Origin: Raillietiella orientalis | Lineage: Eukaryota | Length of the DNA stretch: 64,000 nt | Reading direction: 5' to 3' | Assembly: GCA_036172245.1 (NCBI GenBank) | Contig: JAYWIR010000042.1 | Coordinates: forward strand, 620,001 to 684,000 | In this document: positions 11,701 through 25,250 of the stretch, in pieces | How the letters are laid out: each line of letters begins with the position of its first letter | Numbering within the stretch: position 1 is the first letter of the stretch | Notes under the pieces: model-generated | Databases searched by the model: none | What the model saw: only the letters and a program-made list of their open reading frames with translations | Told to the model about the DNA's origin: nothing | Made by a program: the position numbers and the translations under genes

Positions 11701-14700
11701 ATATTCTACAGACCAATAAAAAGAATGCGGCATATTTTCGGAAAAGTCATTGGATTCATTCCGTGTTCCTATTCTGAGATGATGGGCTCAGCCCGTTGAT
11801 TGATGCAAGAGTGCAAGCCATTCCTGAGGTACCGGATGAATCTCTCACTACCGATTCCCTCACCATGGACCATCAGCCTGAAAACCTTTTTTGCATAAAA
11901 CCGACAGTTTATGAATGTGGTCCCTTCCAAAACTGCCTTCTGCACTCACGTTATCAGGGAGAGGACATTGATTAAATTAAGCCCTGGTTGAAACAAACAG
12001 TGCCTCAATCATTTGATAGACGCCATTTTCTTCATCTTTTTCTTTGAGGAAGATCTGAAGCTGGATTGTACTTATTTGAGGATAGGGTTCCCTCCAAAGA
12101 ATGATGCATGTCCTGAGTCGTCATTTTAGCTCATGTGTGTTAGAACGATAATCCAAGAAATCCAAGTTTGCAAATGCCCCGAGGAAAATTCACCCTAATC
12201 GACTCTGAGTTAGTAAGACTCTGTAGCTATCACATTGAAATCTCTGAGCTTCCGCGTGGAATGTGAACCGTAATTTTTGAACTTGACCTCGGGGTTCAGA
12301 AAACTATGTTTCCAATGGAAGAAACGCATGTGATTAATGTACTGTTCGAGGTGAGGGAGAAAAACAAAGTGCTGCTTACAAAACATGCATAATAAAAATA
12401 GGCGATCGAATGCATCGAAAAAAAAAAAAGCCGATCAAGTCTTTGCATCCTGCTTTTGGTACTTTTAGTGCACGTTACCCGAGATAGAAAGGAAACCCTT
12501 CTATTCTGACAAAAGATCGGAGTCAAATTCCTAAAGTTTGCTCATCACTACTAACCATACTCTAATGCTGAAGAATTGTTTTTTACACCTACAAGACATG
12601 AATTGCTGTTTTTCAAGGAGCTCATGTGCACATGTATTCGAATCTTCTGCTCATCAATGCGCATCGCTTCTCCAAGAATTGAAAATTCCAAACGCTCCTG
12701 ATTCTGTGAAGGAAGCCATCCTGCTGCAGGCATCATGCACACAGCCGCACTGCCAGCACCGAACAAAACATCTCTTCTCTGGCCTATGTTCCGATGGACC
12801 CTCCGAACACTTCAGAGAAAGGAGATATAGGAGAATGGTACTGCAGTCATCGAGGCGAAGCTCCGAAATGTGAGCACACCCGCACCGACGATGCAAGAGT
12901 GCTGCGGTCCACAGAATCCGGCAAAACGAGGTTCCGCTGAGATGAATCGACAGCGAATTTCAGATCAGAGTTGGGATCATCTGAATTCCGAGCCGAATTT
13001 GCATCTTTTGGGTTTCATTCATCCCGAACTTTCGTGGGATCAGATGCTTCTTTTGATTTCATGGAAGCAGAAGCCTGTCAGTGTTTGCTTTCTCGATTAA
13101 TTTCCTGATTCCTTTAGCTGACGCCGAAGGAAACGTGGAAAAAACATGGTAGGAGGACCACAGCTTTCCGCGATCCCTAGTCAGCCACGTTTCGTCCGCT
13201 CAGCTTAACACACCCATCCTTTCAGATCCGAAACAACGTTCCTTGGTGCACCTGAAAGCTTAGGTAGCCAAGGAAACCTGCCTGGGCTTCGGCATTCTGG
13301 CATAATTCTTTCGTGGTGCCTCGTTAATCCTTAGGTGCACACGTCGAGTGCTTTTACTGCTATCCCCCACTCCCCATTTTCGAAGATAGAGATCGGGAAA
13401 TGAGCTTCGAACAGAATTTAACGAGGGTATAAATTCAGGAAGCGTGTCGGCCCTGCAGTCAAGTTGGCTGCCTGGTAGCCTCGGCCTGGTAGAAGAACAT
13501 AAACACATGCTCACGTTTTGCATTGGAAATCCGTACAGTGTGTGCATATTTAATTTGGAAAAGGCAGGAGAGCTCCTCCTGTGTCTTAGCAGGAGAATGT
13601 AAATGCGCAATTCGAAATGCAAGCAACTTACGTTCCCACAAAGGAAACCCTCATTGGGAAGCCAGTCACACTCGCGTCTCACAGACGAAGTACCCGAACG
13701 AAAAGAAACTTCTTTTGTTCCTGGACTGCCTGCTGGAGCAGAGCGGATCCCGAAGTTTTCCTCACACCCTCAAGATGCATTTCCTCTTTACCGCAACCGC
13801 TTTGGAAAATCGCCATTTTATAACAACCGGTGTCTGATTCTTTTATGACTCACGGATGGGGGCGGAATGATTCTGTTTGCAATGCGGATACTGAGAATTT
13901 TTGAAATTTTGCAGGTCGCGCGGCAATCTCCCATGCGAAACAGACGCTGTCTGTCAAACGGATGCCATGGAATCGTGTGCTGGCAATTGAGCGCTGCATC
14001 TCTTGGGCACTGAGAGTTTTCCACGATCCGGGTCTTCCCTATCCCTGTGGGATCCGTGCTCCCGCAAGGTGAGCGGAAAAACTTCGCTCTCCCGCTAAGT
14101 CACAAATCAAAGCACTCTATATCACGATGCTCCAACGCTTTCTTGAAATCGATCCGATCTGACAAGTTGTTTTCTTTGGATGCTGTGTTTACGATCTGAG
14201 TCAATTACCCGGTCTGGAAAGCTGACGGTACGATTTCCGAGAGGTTCTTGAAGCTTGGAGACGTCTTGAAAGCTCTGCAATATTTCCGCGACTGCGAAGA
14301 GACCCGTTTCATTTTCCCATCTTTCTCAGCTTCCAAATTTTCATCCTTTATACGCTTCGGATAAACTAGCTCAAGATCACGCTTCTCTCGCCATCTACCA
14401 GGACCCAGGCCTCAGAAGACGGAAGCACTGCAGCCAAATTACCACATTGCATGTGCCTTCTTTGAGTTCAAATCCTCGTAAACTAGTTCTATTGATCGAC
14501 CAGGTACAGATGCGGGGAAGCTGGATAACACGCCGAAACAGCACATAAAGTAAAAACCCGCACAAGGCAAAATCACGAGCACTTGCACGTAAGCCTTTGT
14601 ATTTTGCACGATTTCCTCCTTATTTCTAGCAAATGAAGTAATCAGCCGTGACCTCTCGCTGTTTGACTCGAACGGGGTGGATCCGTTCGGGAGCAGAACC

Positions 14701-16439
14701 TTTTTGAGCGACCGCTGCTTGAAACGTGCGATGTTTTCGGTTCAACAGACTCTTTGGAAGACTTCCTCCGAACACCATCCATCGGGAAATTGAGGTTGAA
14801 AATCCCATTGGATGGAGCAAGGCCTTGCACGAAGCTTTCGCTCCTCTTTGAAGCTGATGCTCGCTCATCCGCTGTCTTTGTCTTTCGTGCTGCCTCTTTT
14901 TGCAGATTTTTTTCGCACTCCGGTTCCTGCAAACCCCGTCGAGGTGGACCCGCAAGGGAGGAGTTTGCCGGCATCCTGCTGCAATGGACGTGGAGGACCC
15001 GACGGCATGGAACGTGATCCCTTCTCCCCCCCCCCCCTTTTCTCCCTCTTCAAACTATAAACAATCCTTCTCGTTTTATTTTTCTTCCCGTTTCTTTTTC
15101 CCCATCGCCCTCCGTGCCCGCCGTGGATCCCGTCAGTACCCCCACGGATTGCTGGACTCGGTGGGACGTTACGTCCCACTGACTTCCGTGTGTTTATTTT
15201 TCTTTGATAAACAAACGCCTCAGCATGACCGGGGGGGCAACCCTCTGTCCTCAATATTCCGCACCTGTCTGATGCTGCACAGGTGAAACAGAGCTCGAAA
15301 TGAAAACTGCTGTCCGCGGATCCGAAGATTTCTGGAAGCGATCTCATGAATTCAAATACGCTCATTCCAGGCTCGAGGAAAATTGCGCTCAGTTATCGAA
15401 AAGAAATCCACAGACTAGGAAAATCCTTTTTTCAAGGTGGCCATGGAAACGAGATAAAGTCAGGTCATAAATGCCTCGGTTGCAAGACGGGAATTCAGCG
15501 GCCATCATCTAGTGAACAGAGCAATTTGAATATCGCTTGATGGTACACCCGAAGGCGAAAGCATCTGGAAGAATGGCTGATCTGAAGCGGTACAGATTGT
15601 GGAAACCCAAGAGTTGTATTTCGGAAGAGGTGTGAATTTTCTGGATCGGTTATCTTTTGGGGGATTTCTCCCACACCAAAATCCTGAAATCCCATTGAAC
15701 GCATCAAACGCTTCCTCCTTCAGTTTCGGTGGACACCCGCGGGTATCTCACACATGAGCTGCACTATTTTTCTAGAGGTTTGTGTCCAGTGATTGGTGGC
15801 TTCACCCGTAACCTACTGATACCGGCTGCGAGAGAATTCTCTGCCACATTCCAGTGCCGTCGGGATGAAATAATCGTTCCTCCATTCCGTTTCCTTCCTT
15901 TTATTTATACAGTATGTCCCTTGATCCATGGTGAACTTATTCATCTCTAAGGATGTTTGCTCTAAAAATGAGAAGTTTTTGAGATCCTGCTGAATTCTTG
16001 CAAACCATTTCCGCAAACCATTAGAAGTCCTTTCTGATGTATAAGCTGCTGCTGCAAATCTTTACATCATCCATAGCAGATGGTGAAGGAGCTTCACTCA
16101 TTTGCCACGAAATCGAAGCTCTTGTGAAGGGAGAAGATGGATACTTGAACATCCTTGCATTGGTACTTGGCACCGTTCAAGCTTCAAATATAGTGTTCAA
16201 GTTCATCCTCTAGGTTTGTCCAGGCGTCTAGACGATGTAATGGGAGGTGATATATCTAAACTCATGTCCAAAGCTCCGATGCCAGCGGAGTGTTGATGCG
16301 GAAGAAAACGCTGCGATGCGTGCCATCGCTTTCTGCCTCGAGTCTGACAGAATGCCAGCGGCTACTAAGCTGCTTCCCACTATGATTTTCTAGACCCTAG
16401 AGAAAACTTCCTCAAAATCATCAGAATGTTCCGGTCGCA

Positions 16440-16760
16440 GAATAAAGGACAAACGTTTGCTCCGTTGCTCTTTTATCCTGCTTCCACGATGTTCTTCTTA
16501 GCCGAAGCCTACTGGTGGCCACATGGACCAAGTCCTCGACGTGTCATGAGACCCCCATGCTTCGCGCACAAGAAACAGACTCACATCCGAAGTGAAGAAT
16601 GGAATCTTTCTAATTCCACTTGCGGTCCGTTTCCAAATTGTTAACAGTTCCGGTGGCAACATCTCAAGCTAACAGGAACAGGAGTACAGATTTCAGTATC
16701 ATAGCATCACTGGCTTCAAATAGCGAGTCTCAGTAATCTGCATGGCTTTCATCGGCTGGA
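16440..16760 (+). mobile_element. Ty3/Gypsy integrase zinc-binding region remnant
   Basis: TMFFLAEAYWWP....VMRPPCFAHK....TCGPF matches T...L...YWWP.M...V..C..C..K.....PF. Confidence 0.45.
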
Positions 16761-18599
16761 ATATCAACTCATGTAGCCAAGGGACGTAAAAAGTGATGGT
16801 TCTGCAGTAGACGAATACATGATTCTTTCAGTTTCTTCTTCTTTTGTCTCCCTCTCTCAGTCATCTTTTTCAGAAAGCGCCGGAAGTGCGCAAGAAGGAA
16901 GTCTTCTTTCTTAAATGAAACTGTAAACTCCGAAGCTTTGGTTTCATGCTCTAAAATGCTGAGAGACGGAGAGAAGCCCTGAAACTATATCAAATGACTA
17001 CTTTAGCTCTTGCTCGAAATTCTTTTGATCAGGGATAACTTTGCTCCTTGTTCCGTACTCCTGATTTTCTCCGTGCTATGATCTAAGCTGTGATCTTCAA
17101 GAGACTGTGATCTCTCCGGAGATCTCCTGCTTTAGAGATCGGGAACTCTTTGAAAGCTCACGGTACTGCTCAGTCGTGGTTTCTCAAACACTTCTTGGAG
17201 TCCTCGCATGTCGCTGCAGGACAGACCGTGAGCGCGTGAGACGAATGTGTTCCCAAACGGTAACCACGAGCACGATGCAGTCAATGACAGCAGCAGAATT
17301 TGCTATTCCCGCGGAACTTTTGTGAATTTTCCTGATTGATATGGAGCCGAAGATCTCCCGCAGACCAGAAAACATTTCACATGCTGCAACTTTTATCAAC
17401 AGCATTTTCCAGTTGTTATCAATGGACGGCTGCTTTAGGCTGTTGCGCCTATCGACAGCATATTTCTTTTCCATTTCATATTTCTTTCTTGTCCTCAGCA
17501 AAGCTATGTCTCGACAGAATTTCAGATTAAAAAGGCTTTCAGTCATTGACAGCATTGGTTTCCGGAACAGGGCTCATAACTTTTACGTCAGCTTGCACCA
17601 TTTATAAGTTGCTAAAGAAGCCAAGCACATGCATCAGTCCTCCAGCGTTCGTTCGAGGACGGCGTATCACTTAATGGAGGTACCATTTGGTCCATTTGAA
17701 CCAACGCCCAGCTTCTGGACCCCAATCTGTGCGCTCCGCTTCTCGGTTCCAATCAGGTCATCTACATTCACAATTCCAAGAATTGGAAGACCGTCATGGC
17801 TGCAATCCTGAATTTTCGAAGGTTCATCCTTGATCTGAACGGGTGATTGCAGCTCCCAAGAGCGGCACGCACGACGGTTCTCTTTATTTCTTCTTTCCGT
17901 CTTTCTTCCCGATTGGAACAGCGAGCAAAGGGTTCTGTGAGTGACACTTTTATGACAGGAACATCAACCGGAAGCTGAAAATTTAAACATGCAGCATGAG
18001 TGGAGCTTTCAAGACGCAGACAGCTTGTTTTCCGGAAGGAGTTCAAGGACAATACTTTTGGAAATCTGCCGCTAAGGTGATTTTCTTGTTTCTGTAAAGG
18101 TGGCACAGGCGCTTCGTAAACACGGATTTTTGTAAGTGTTGTGAAAGAGGAATCAGTGCTTCAGATCGTAGGCAGGTGATCGCAGGGAAATTCGCTCGTA
18201 GCATGCTGGAAATGTCACCGAACTGAAATGATGCCGATAAGCCCGAGGTCTTTGAACTTCTTCAGTTGCCACAATGTGGTGGCAACGTGAAGTTCGAAGC
18301 ATCGTGCATTTGCCCGCATCGTCATGTTTCAAGAGCTCCTTCTACACATTTCTCTTAGTCACGTAAACAGACAAATGAGCTGTTGCACTTCGCATTCCAT
18401 TCGATTTTTTTTTTTTTTTTTTTTTCTTCATGGGACTGCCAGCGGCACACGACTAAAAGGAAGGAGACACGGTTTGCATTCCGCCAGAGTCCCCAGGATT
18501 TGGTGATCAAAGGAAAAACTGGTTAGACTAATGGATTAGGAAACGCCAATTCTGCCTTCTAATTTTTTGTACTTAATTGCTTACTCACGCTAATGGCAC

Positions 18600-18840
18600 T
18601 TGTCAACTTGGAAGGGCTTTTAACGTTTCTTAACCGCAAAGGAAATTAGTACTGACCACATCGATGATTTGCTGCAAGGTCACGTAGAAGTACACTTTTA
18701 TGGCCTCCGATTCGTTAGCAACTGGTCTTTCTAGCATGTTGTACTCGGACATGAGTTTATTCAACAGTCTTCTTTCATGCGGTCCCTGCCTGGTACCTAT
18801 GGAAAGAGAAGATCATCTGTTGCTAGAGTGTGCATTAAAG
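18600..18840 (+). mobile_element. Non-LTR retrotransposon C-terminal CCHC remnant (I/R1/LOA-like)
   Basis: LNRK...LLQGH (cf. LLTGH) followed by CGPCLVPMEREDHLLLEC, a CX2CX8HX4C motif. Confidence 0.6.
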
Positions 18841-21800
18841 ATGGGAGTAAAAAACAAAGGATTAGATCACTCCGGAAGATCAGGGAACCCGAATGATGCT
18901 TAATGGTGTATGTTCGTGTAAATTAAAAATTCCCTTCATCTGCACCCTCTGGGATATAAAGATTGATAATAACGCTAGCTTTCCGACGTCTACATGCGCT
19001 CAGTGGATCTTAAGATACTACTTGGAGACAGACTTCATATATCTATGTGAACGAGTTAAGGGAGCAACTGAACCATGAAAAGTCTTTTTGTATGAGCTCC
19101 TGCAATCAAACCTTGCGCTGCGATTTTTCACTGCGTCCCTTCCCACTGGACCAGAAGGAGATAGGTCTTCCATCATGGCAGAAAACTGCTACTGGAACAT
19201 CGCAGTGTGATCAGCTTGCCTGCAAGAAGCAACTCCAGCAATGGGACGCGGTTCCGTCCAGCATGCCAAAGACGAAGAAGAAATCGAAGCACATCATAAA
19301 TCAAAGGAAGAATATCGGATTTCTTTCACTGATGAATTCATCCCAAAGAAGGCAGGGGAAGGTAAAAAAAAAATCCAGCTTTGCAAAGTTTGGTGAATCA
19401 GGAAAAAAAAACAAAAAAGCTTGCATGTAAAGTGGCCTATTACACGACTTGCCCGCGCTTTCGTGTTCAAGCCTGAAATGCGACCGAATGCAAATAGATT
19501 TCCCTCAACCCGAAAATTCCTTTGCATGCCATGCCCACCGTTTCACACCCTACAGGTACCCTACAGGCAGTAGATCCCAAGGCACACACGATGGGTCCTC
19601 CGATTCCATTTGAGCGTCACAACTCCTCCAGATTATAGTGCGTTCGTTTATTCTTTTGGGGCCTCTCGATTCAAGGTGAACTCTCACGGCAAAAAGCGCA
19701 GCCATGAAGTAGGTGGTACGTGCATTCTTCGTGGGTTTCGAGTTCTTTCTAAATCCTGAGGTGAACCTTTCCGGTTCCTGGCGAGCAAAGGATTTGCTTT
19801 CACTGGGATCTGAGACTTGCTAGAAGCACTAGAAGCACCACATCGGCATGGGAAACACTCCCTTCCGAACATTCACCAATTCTTTGGGTGCAGCCACACC
19901 AAGGCACGGAGTGCACTGAAACGCTTGGGAGAATTTCCCGATCGCTGTCTTTCCAGATGAGACCATGATCAGTCATTACATAAAAGTCGGTGTGTGCAGC
20001 TCATATTTAATGCACGCTTCCTTGCCCTTGATCTGCAGCGCCGCTTGCAGCGGTATGAGCATGCGGACAAGAGCGGCCTGAGGACACTTCCAGAATCTTC
20101 TAACGCTCCGCCAGAAGTCCCGCTCCCTTTTCTTCCCGTTCCAAAGAGCATTCCACCTTGCGCTTCCGCGTGGAGGGGTGTGGGTCAACCACCCTTGTTC
20201 TTGTCGAGCACTGGGTCGAGGCTGGGTAATATTTAGACTCAGAGATTCGCGGCGATGCGCCTACAGAGATTCAAACTCACTTTTCCATTTGCATCCATCG
20301 CGGAAGTAACGAACCGGATGAAGATCACGAGCGGGCATCCCAACTTTCGAATCGGCTTCTCAGATAGGAAAAGCATTTCGCTCTTACCTTCCGGGAAGAT
20401 TCATAAATATTAACATGAGGCGGAAGCAAGAGAAACTTCATCAACAGTTTCTGGGATATCGCTACTTTAATTATCTGGAGGGTCCTGATAGGCGCGAGGC
20501 GCAAATAATTTAACTTTAATCTGTGAAGAGGCATGCGGAAGCGGAAGCCGTGCCGTTTGGGTTTGAAATATTGGTCATGGTATTGAAATATGAGTGATTC
20601 GAAGTCTGGACTCAGTGCTCTCGTGAGAAGCACTCGCAGGTCGATCGAGGGAAACCATCCCGAGGAAGACGAAGTTGCGGAAGGCTTCCTTACGAGACGG
20701 TTCTTCCGAGAGGAATCCAAGGATGGGAACACTCGGGGAATTTCGCTCCTGAGTGAACCGGAAAGAGAAAAAAAAAAGGAGGGGAACGGGGATGCATGAT
20801 GGACCGGGAATCGTTTTTTTTCAAAGCTGCGGGGTGTGCTCGGGCGCTCTCCCGTCTCTGCGGACCGCGCGTGCGAACTGTTCCGGTCTTTCTCAACCAC
20901 GGGCTCCGTTGAGCTCGAAATGACTCGGGGACCCTGCACACGCGCGCGCGCGGGTGCTCATGGAGCCGGCATTACGCACGAGCGGGAGGTGGACATTCAA
21001 TCTGAACGCCGGAACAGGAACAATCCTGCATTCTCTCCTACTCTTTTCCATGGAGGAAGGAGACGGTTATCAAGTTTCAATTCGTCCGAAAAATTTCAAT
21101 TTGAAGGTGTTTCCGGGATTTATTGAAAAAAGCAGTCTGGAGCGAGTGATTTATCCCTTCCTTCAGATAAACGTTGGGAACTCGGAAGAGTACGAGAGGA
21201 GCCTCTTTGTTCGCCAAGGTAGAATCTGGAACAGTTGACACTTTTATTCCTCTCAAGGGTGGAAGCTGCTTATTCAAGAGCAAAATGTTTCCCGGCTTGA
21301 TTGGAATTCCAGGCTTTAATTAAAGCCGGCGGCGCAAGTCGCAAATGCGCAGGAAGGCGAGCTGGGTCTCACGGAGCCATTAGCGACGTCCCAAGGAAGC
21401 TGAGGAGCCAGATTTTGTTTGGGAACGCTAACGCCGTGCAGCTGCTGCATCGCTAAAAGATCCGTGTAAATAAACAAATGCCATCCCGGATCTGCTCCGG
21501 GAATTTGCATAAGAATGTAAGAAGGGCGAAAAATGAAGAAAAAAAAAAATATCGCAAGAGGTTTCCTGGTTTTTGTTTTTTTTCTTCCTCCTTTCTCCCT
21601 TTTTCTTCTTTTGTCTCGTGTTTTCCCATCCAGGAAACCAGGAAAAGATTGAATTAAGCGCTGGATGGCTAGTAAAAGTTCGTCTGGAAAGTCGAACAGC
21701 ATCCATTTCTCCGAGATCGGAGTCCCGATCGATCGGGAAGTGCTCACGGCGAACTTCTCAAGCACGTCGCTCACGGCGCTGCATCCCCTCGAGAAGACGT

Positions 21801-22919
21801 TTTCTTTTTTTTTTTTTTTCTTGATTCCCGGCTCCCATCGCATGCCCGCGGCGACTGCTTGCGGAACTTTCTCCGAACCCTGCCTTCCGAGATTCGCGCG
21901 CGGTGGGGATCGAATCGGGCAACCCTCTGAAGAGCTAGGGAAGCCAGAGCTTCTGTTGGAAGCTGTCGCGGAGGGGAAACCAGGAAGCGGGAAAGCGCAA
22001 CCGGGAAGGAAGGGAGGAAGACGGCGGAAAGGCTGCTTCGAAAAGGATGTGTCGACTTCCCGCAGTGCTGTTCCCTGGAGGGCGGCTCTCCTCGGTTTTC
22101 ATTCGGGAGCGCGCCATCGCTCGAGGGTGCTGCTGCTTTGCATCCAAAAACAAAATAAAAACGGAACGAGCGAAGATGCTTCGTCTCGGAGGTGGCACCA
22201 GGACAGCAAGGAAAAACTGCCTTTTGCTCCTCTCATTCCTCCTTTGGGCTGCCGGGGCTTGCGCCCGTTGGAACTGGCCACACCATCGATCTCCACTTCA
22301 AACGCTGCCGCCTTGTCACGTAGCAGAAGGGGAGCTGCATCTCTTCTATCATCCTGCTCAATCGAAAACATGCTGCTCCCGGTTTCCTCATTTCGGAAGG
22401 TCACTTGCTGAGACCAAGAGCAAAAAAGGGAGTTTCTAAACTAAGGATTTGCTGGGTTCAGAATTTTCGAACGCGCACTGCTCTCCTTGGAAACCGGCTC
22501 CTTGGGGGTGCGCTTCGTAGCCGAAGACACTGGGCATTCATTTCCTGAAAACGCTCCTCCTGTTGACCCGTTTCCTTAGGTAAATTCCTTCCATCCGTGC
22601 CAGACAGGCGCTCCCGAGCAAGCAGACGCGGGAAACAGAGCTCATCATCTGCTCCGTCGTGTAATCTCATTTGGCTTCCGCTGCTTCCCAATTTGCCTTC
22701 CAGACAGCGGAGGCAACCCGGGGAAGTTTGCCACCGGTGGCGCACTCTTATTGAATCTGCAGATTATCTCGGGGAACCGAAGACCCGCGCAGTAACGCGA
22801 GCGGACCTTGCTCTCTGGGCCGAAGAAGGGAGAGATGCGTCTCCCGCTTTCTTCACGAAAGGAGCCGCCATTTTGTTTTCCTTTGTATTTTCATAAGAGA
22901 CCGACAGGGGAGGAATCCT

Positions 22920-23110
22920 GCTTGCAAAGCAGTTAGAAAGCATGTGACTTCTCTTCCACTCCAGTGGACGGAGGGCGAAGAGATTTGAATCCCCTGGCCA
23001 ACAGGGTGAAGACTCGCCTTCCTTTCTCTTCTTTATTGCCGGAATTTCTTCTGCCGTCGTCCTTGCCTGCGGTAAAGAAGAGCACATAATTTCCTGCTCC
23101 AGACCCCTGA
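22920..23110 (-). mobile_element. Possible RLE-type non-LTR (HERO/R4-like) zinc-knuckle remnant
   Basis: WPGDSNLFAL....SHMLSNCFAS resembles W..D..C.LC...L.HILS.C..AL. The first cysteines are lost. Confidence 0.25.
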
Positions 23111-23545
23111 CGTCTCCTTCATCTCACGCTCATGGTGTGTGCTCTTCTTTCGTCTGGTGCTCCTTAACAACACTCCTCCCGGCATCCAGTGCGGTCGCTC
23201 AGTGTGCCACGAAGGTCCCTCTTGATCTGTGACCGTACAACCAGGCATATCGACTCCCATGAAGGAAGGTTCAAGGAAGAGTTCTTTTCAGAGAAAGGAA
23301 GCCCGGACCGACTGATGCGCCACAAGCGGCGCTGAACGTCGAGAGGTCACTTTCGGGGCTCACACAGAGCAGCCCTTTGGTTGTAAAGGGAAAATTTTCC
23401 CTTGAAAGGGCTCTTGGGAATTCTTCATTCTCCAAGAATCAACAATCCGACTGGAATTTTATTTTGGTTTGCTAAGTGCTGAAGCACCGTTCGGCTTCTT
23501 GAGGGAGGGGAAGGTGAGGAGGGCTCACAGAGCTAAGTAGCACTG

Positions 23546-24278
23546 TCCACGCCACCCGAGGGGGCGTGTAACTCTTCAGGTTGGGGAAAGTAACTCCGGA
23601 ATGACAACTTTATGAATCCAAGAAGTCTCCAGAAGAAAGAGTCGGTTCCTCTTGCGCTTGGTAGGGAACCCTCTCCCTAGTTGCCTTCGAAGGGAACTCC
23701 GAAGGGAATCTCTTCCTTATTTTCTCTCCCGATGAACTCCCGAAGGGGACTCTTGATTTCTTATCCGAAGAGAACCCGGAAACGATCCTCTCCTAAATTT
23801 CTTCCCCAGAGGAAACCCGCAAGGGAACCGTTCCTTGTTTCCTGATTTGAAGAAAACCCCGGAGGGACGATTCCAAATTCCTCTGAAGGGCGCTCCCCTA
23901 AGGGAACAGCGCGCTTCCTACACTCTGGAGAGGCAACCTTCCGGAAGAAGTATCCAGACGGCTGCGTGGTATGGTTCCATTTTCACAACCGGAGGGAGAC
24001 TTAAAAGGGAACCGCCTCCTTGATTCCTGGAAGGACCCCGGAGGGTCAACTTCCAATCCTGGCAAGTCAAAGGGAGCATCCAGCTTCCAGCAGTACCGTC
24101 CCTGAAGCATCCATGTCAACCAGCGTCATCTTGCGGGAGAGGGAACTCGAAACCCACGACGCATCCGTTCCTCAGCGTCGATCCTCCAAGTAAGGATTCG
24201 AACCCTCAACGCTCTGTGCCGCGCACGGGACCGTCCAGCTGCACGTCCAGCGATGCGGGCAACTGGGATGGTTCGCCA
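23546..24278 (-). repeat. Dispersed ~700-850 bp repeat, copy 1 (tRNA-headed SINE-like or LTR-like)
   Basis: Colinear similarity with 53442-54149 (inverted) and 60920-61768, e.g. shared TTCCTGGAAGGAC, AACCCGCAAGGGAACC and GCGTCATCTTG/GCGCCATCTTG. B-box GGGTTCGAATCC on the minus strand at ~24194-24205. Confidence 0.8.
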
Positions 24279-24665
24279 TTATTCCATATCTGTTTGTTAC
24301 TATTAGGAAGGATGGTGTATGAAAGCAGTGATAGCATCCGTGATTATCTAATCTCGGGGAGCGATACTCGTGTGATGTGAGTTACCAGAGCCACAGATGT
24401 GAGATCAATTACACGTGGGATGTGAAATGCCATCATAGTATAATTACAACGAGGATGTTGAAGTATTTGAGGAATTCACTGGCGAAACGGATGAGGAGTT
24501 CAAAGGGTGGACAAAAGGGCCGTCTGCTTCGAATCCCTCAGGGTGAAATATGCAAGCTGAGAACATGATGATGTCACCAAAACAAGGACGGGAGTTTTGC
24601 AAACTGGGGCGACTTATGCACTACGACCATTGACTACATTCCTTCTCGTGCGTCAAAGACGGCGC

Positions 24666-24939
24666 TGTATTCCGGACGTGGGGGAGGGAGCAAGCAGAAA
24701 ACCGTCAATGAAGACCCCCCATGACCGCACCTAGCCGTGCTATCTATTCGTAACACGGAGCACTATATAAACGAGCACATAAACTGCTCCGTAGTGTCAG
24801 ACAGAGTCTTGAAGGCCTTTGAACCTGGAATTTTTTTTTGCGAAGCCGACTTAGCCGAATAGCAGTGCGTCAAGTAGACTTCCTGGTCCAGCTCCACAAG
24901 GTCAACCCGCCGCGCCCAGTGGACAGTGCACACGCTGCA
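24666..24939 (+). mobile_element. Possible solo LTR
   Basis: Starts TGT and ends CGCTGCA. TATATAA at 24764-24770 and CATAAA are enclosed by the 8-bp inverted repeat ACGGAGCA (24755-24762) / TGCTCCGT (24785-24792). Confidence 0.25.
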
Positions 24940-24949
24940 CTTATCGTTT

Positions 24950-25250
24950 GAAAAGCACGACGAAAGCGCCTTTCAGGAGCCTTGCTGTGCAGGAGTTCGG
25001 AAAGTGGAAGGAGGCAAAGATCGAGTTTCGTGTCTCACTTGTTGGATTGAATCCTGGATTCGAGCGCCACCTGAGCAAGTGAAGACACAATCTTGAATTA
25101 TCAGAAGGGTGTTCGAATCCTGGAACCCAAACAACCCCTTGCCGCACTCAGAATCACGAGAGAAACTGCGTTCAAATGGACTTGTGATCAGCTATGTGGC
25201 TGCCCATTCGGAGTGTTCCATTGGAAGTGCGGCGGTAGGCAAGCATCGTC
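24950..25250 (+). mobile_element. Non-LTR retrotransposon RNase H remnant
   Basis: SAFQE (cf. SVFQAE), then SWNPNNPL and LVISYVAAHSECSIG (cf. V.L.WV.AH.GI.GNE). Confidence 0.4.

Noticed and set aside
17730..17800. Copia RT motif (ILGIVNVDDLIG, minus strand)
   Set aside because: Single motif with no supporting DLG/FLG downstream.
20630..20750. Host exon resembling a P-type ATPase segment (NFVFLGMVSLDRP, minus strand)
   Set aside because: A plausible acceptor exists, but the DPP motif is absent and no partner exons were found.
21665..22411. Longest ORF (248 aa) as a gene
   Set aside because: Runs through a poly-T tract (poly-Phe), has no recognisable domain, and lies in GC-rich sequence where stop-free frames arise by chance.
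23685..23910. CRISPR-like array
   Set aside because: Units are degenerate tandem repeats without unique spacers, the context is eukaryotic, and no cas genes or prokaryotic operon structure are present in the window.
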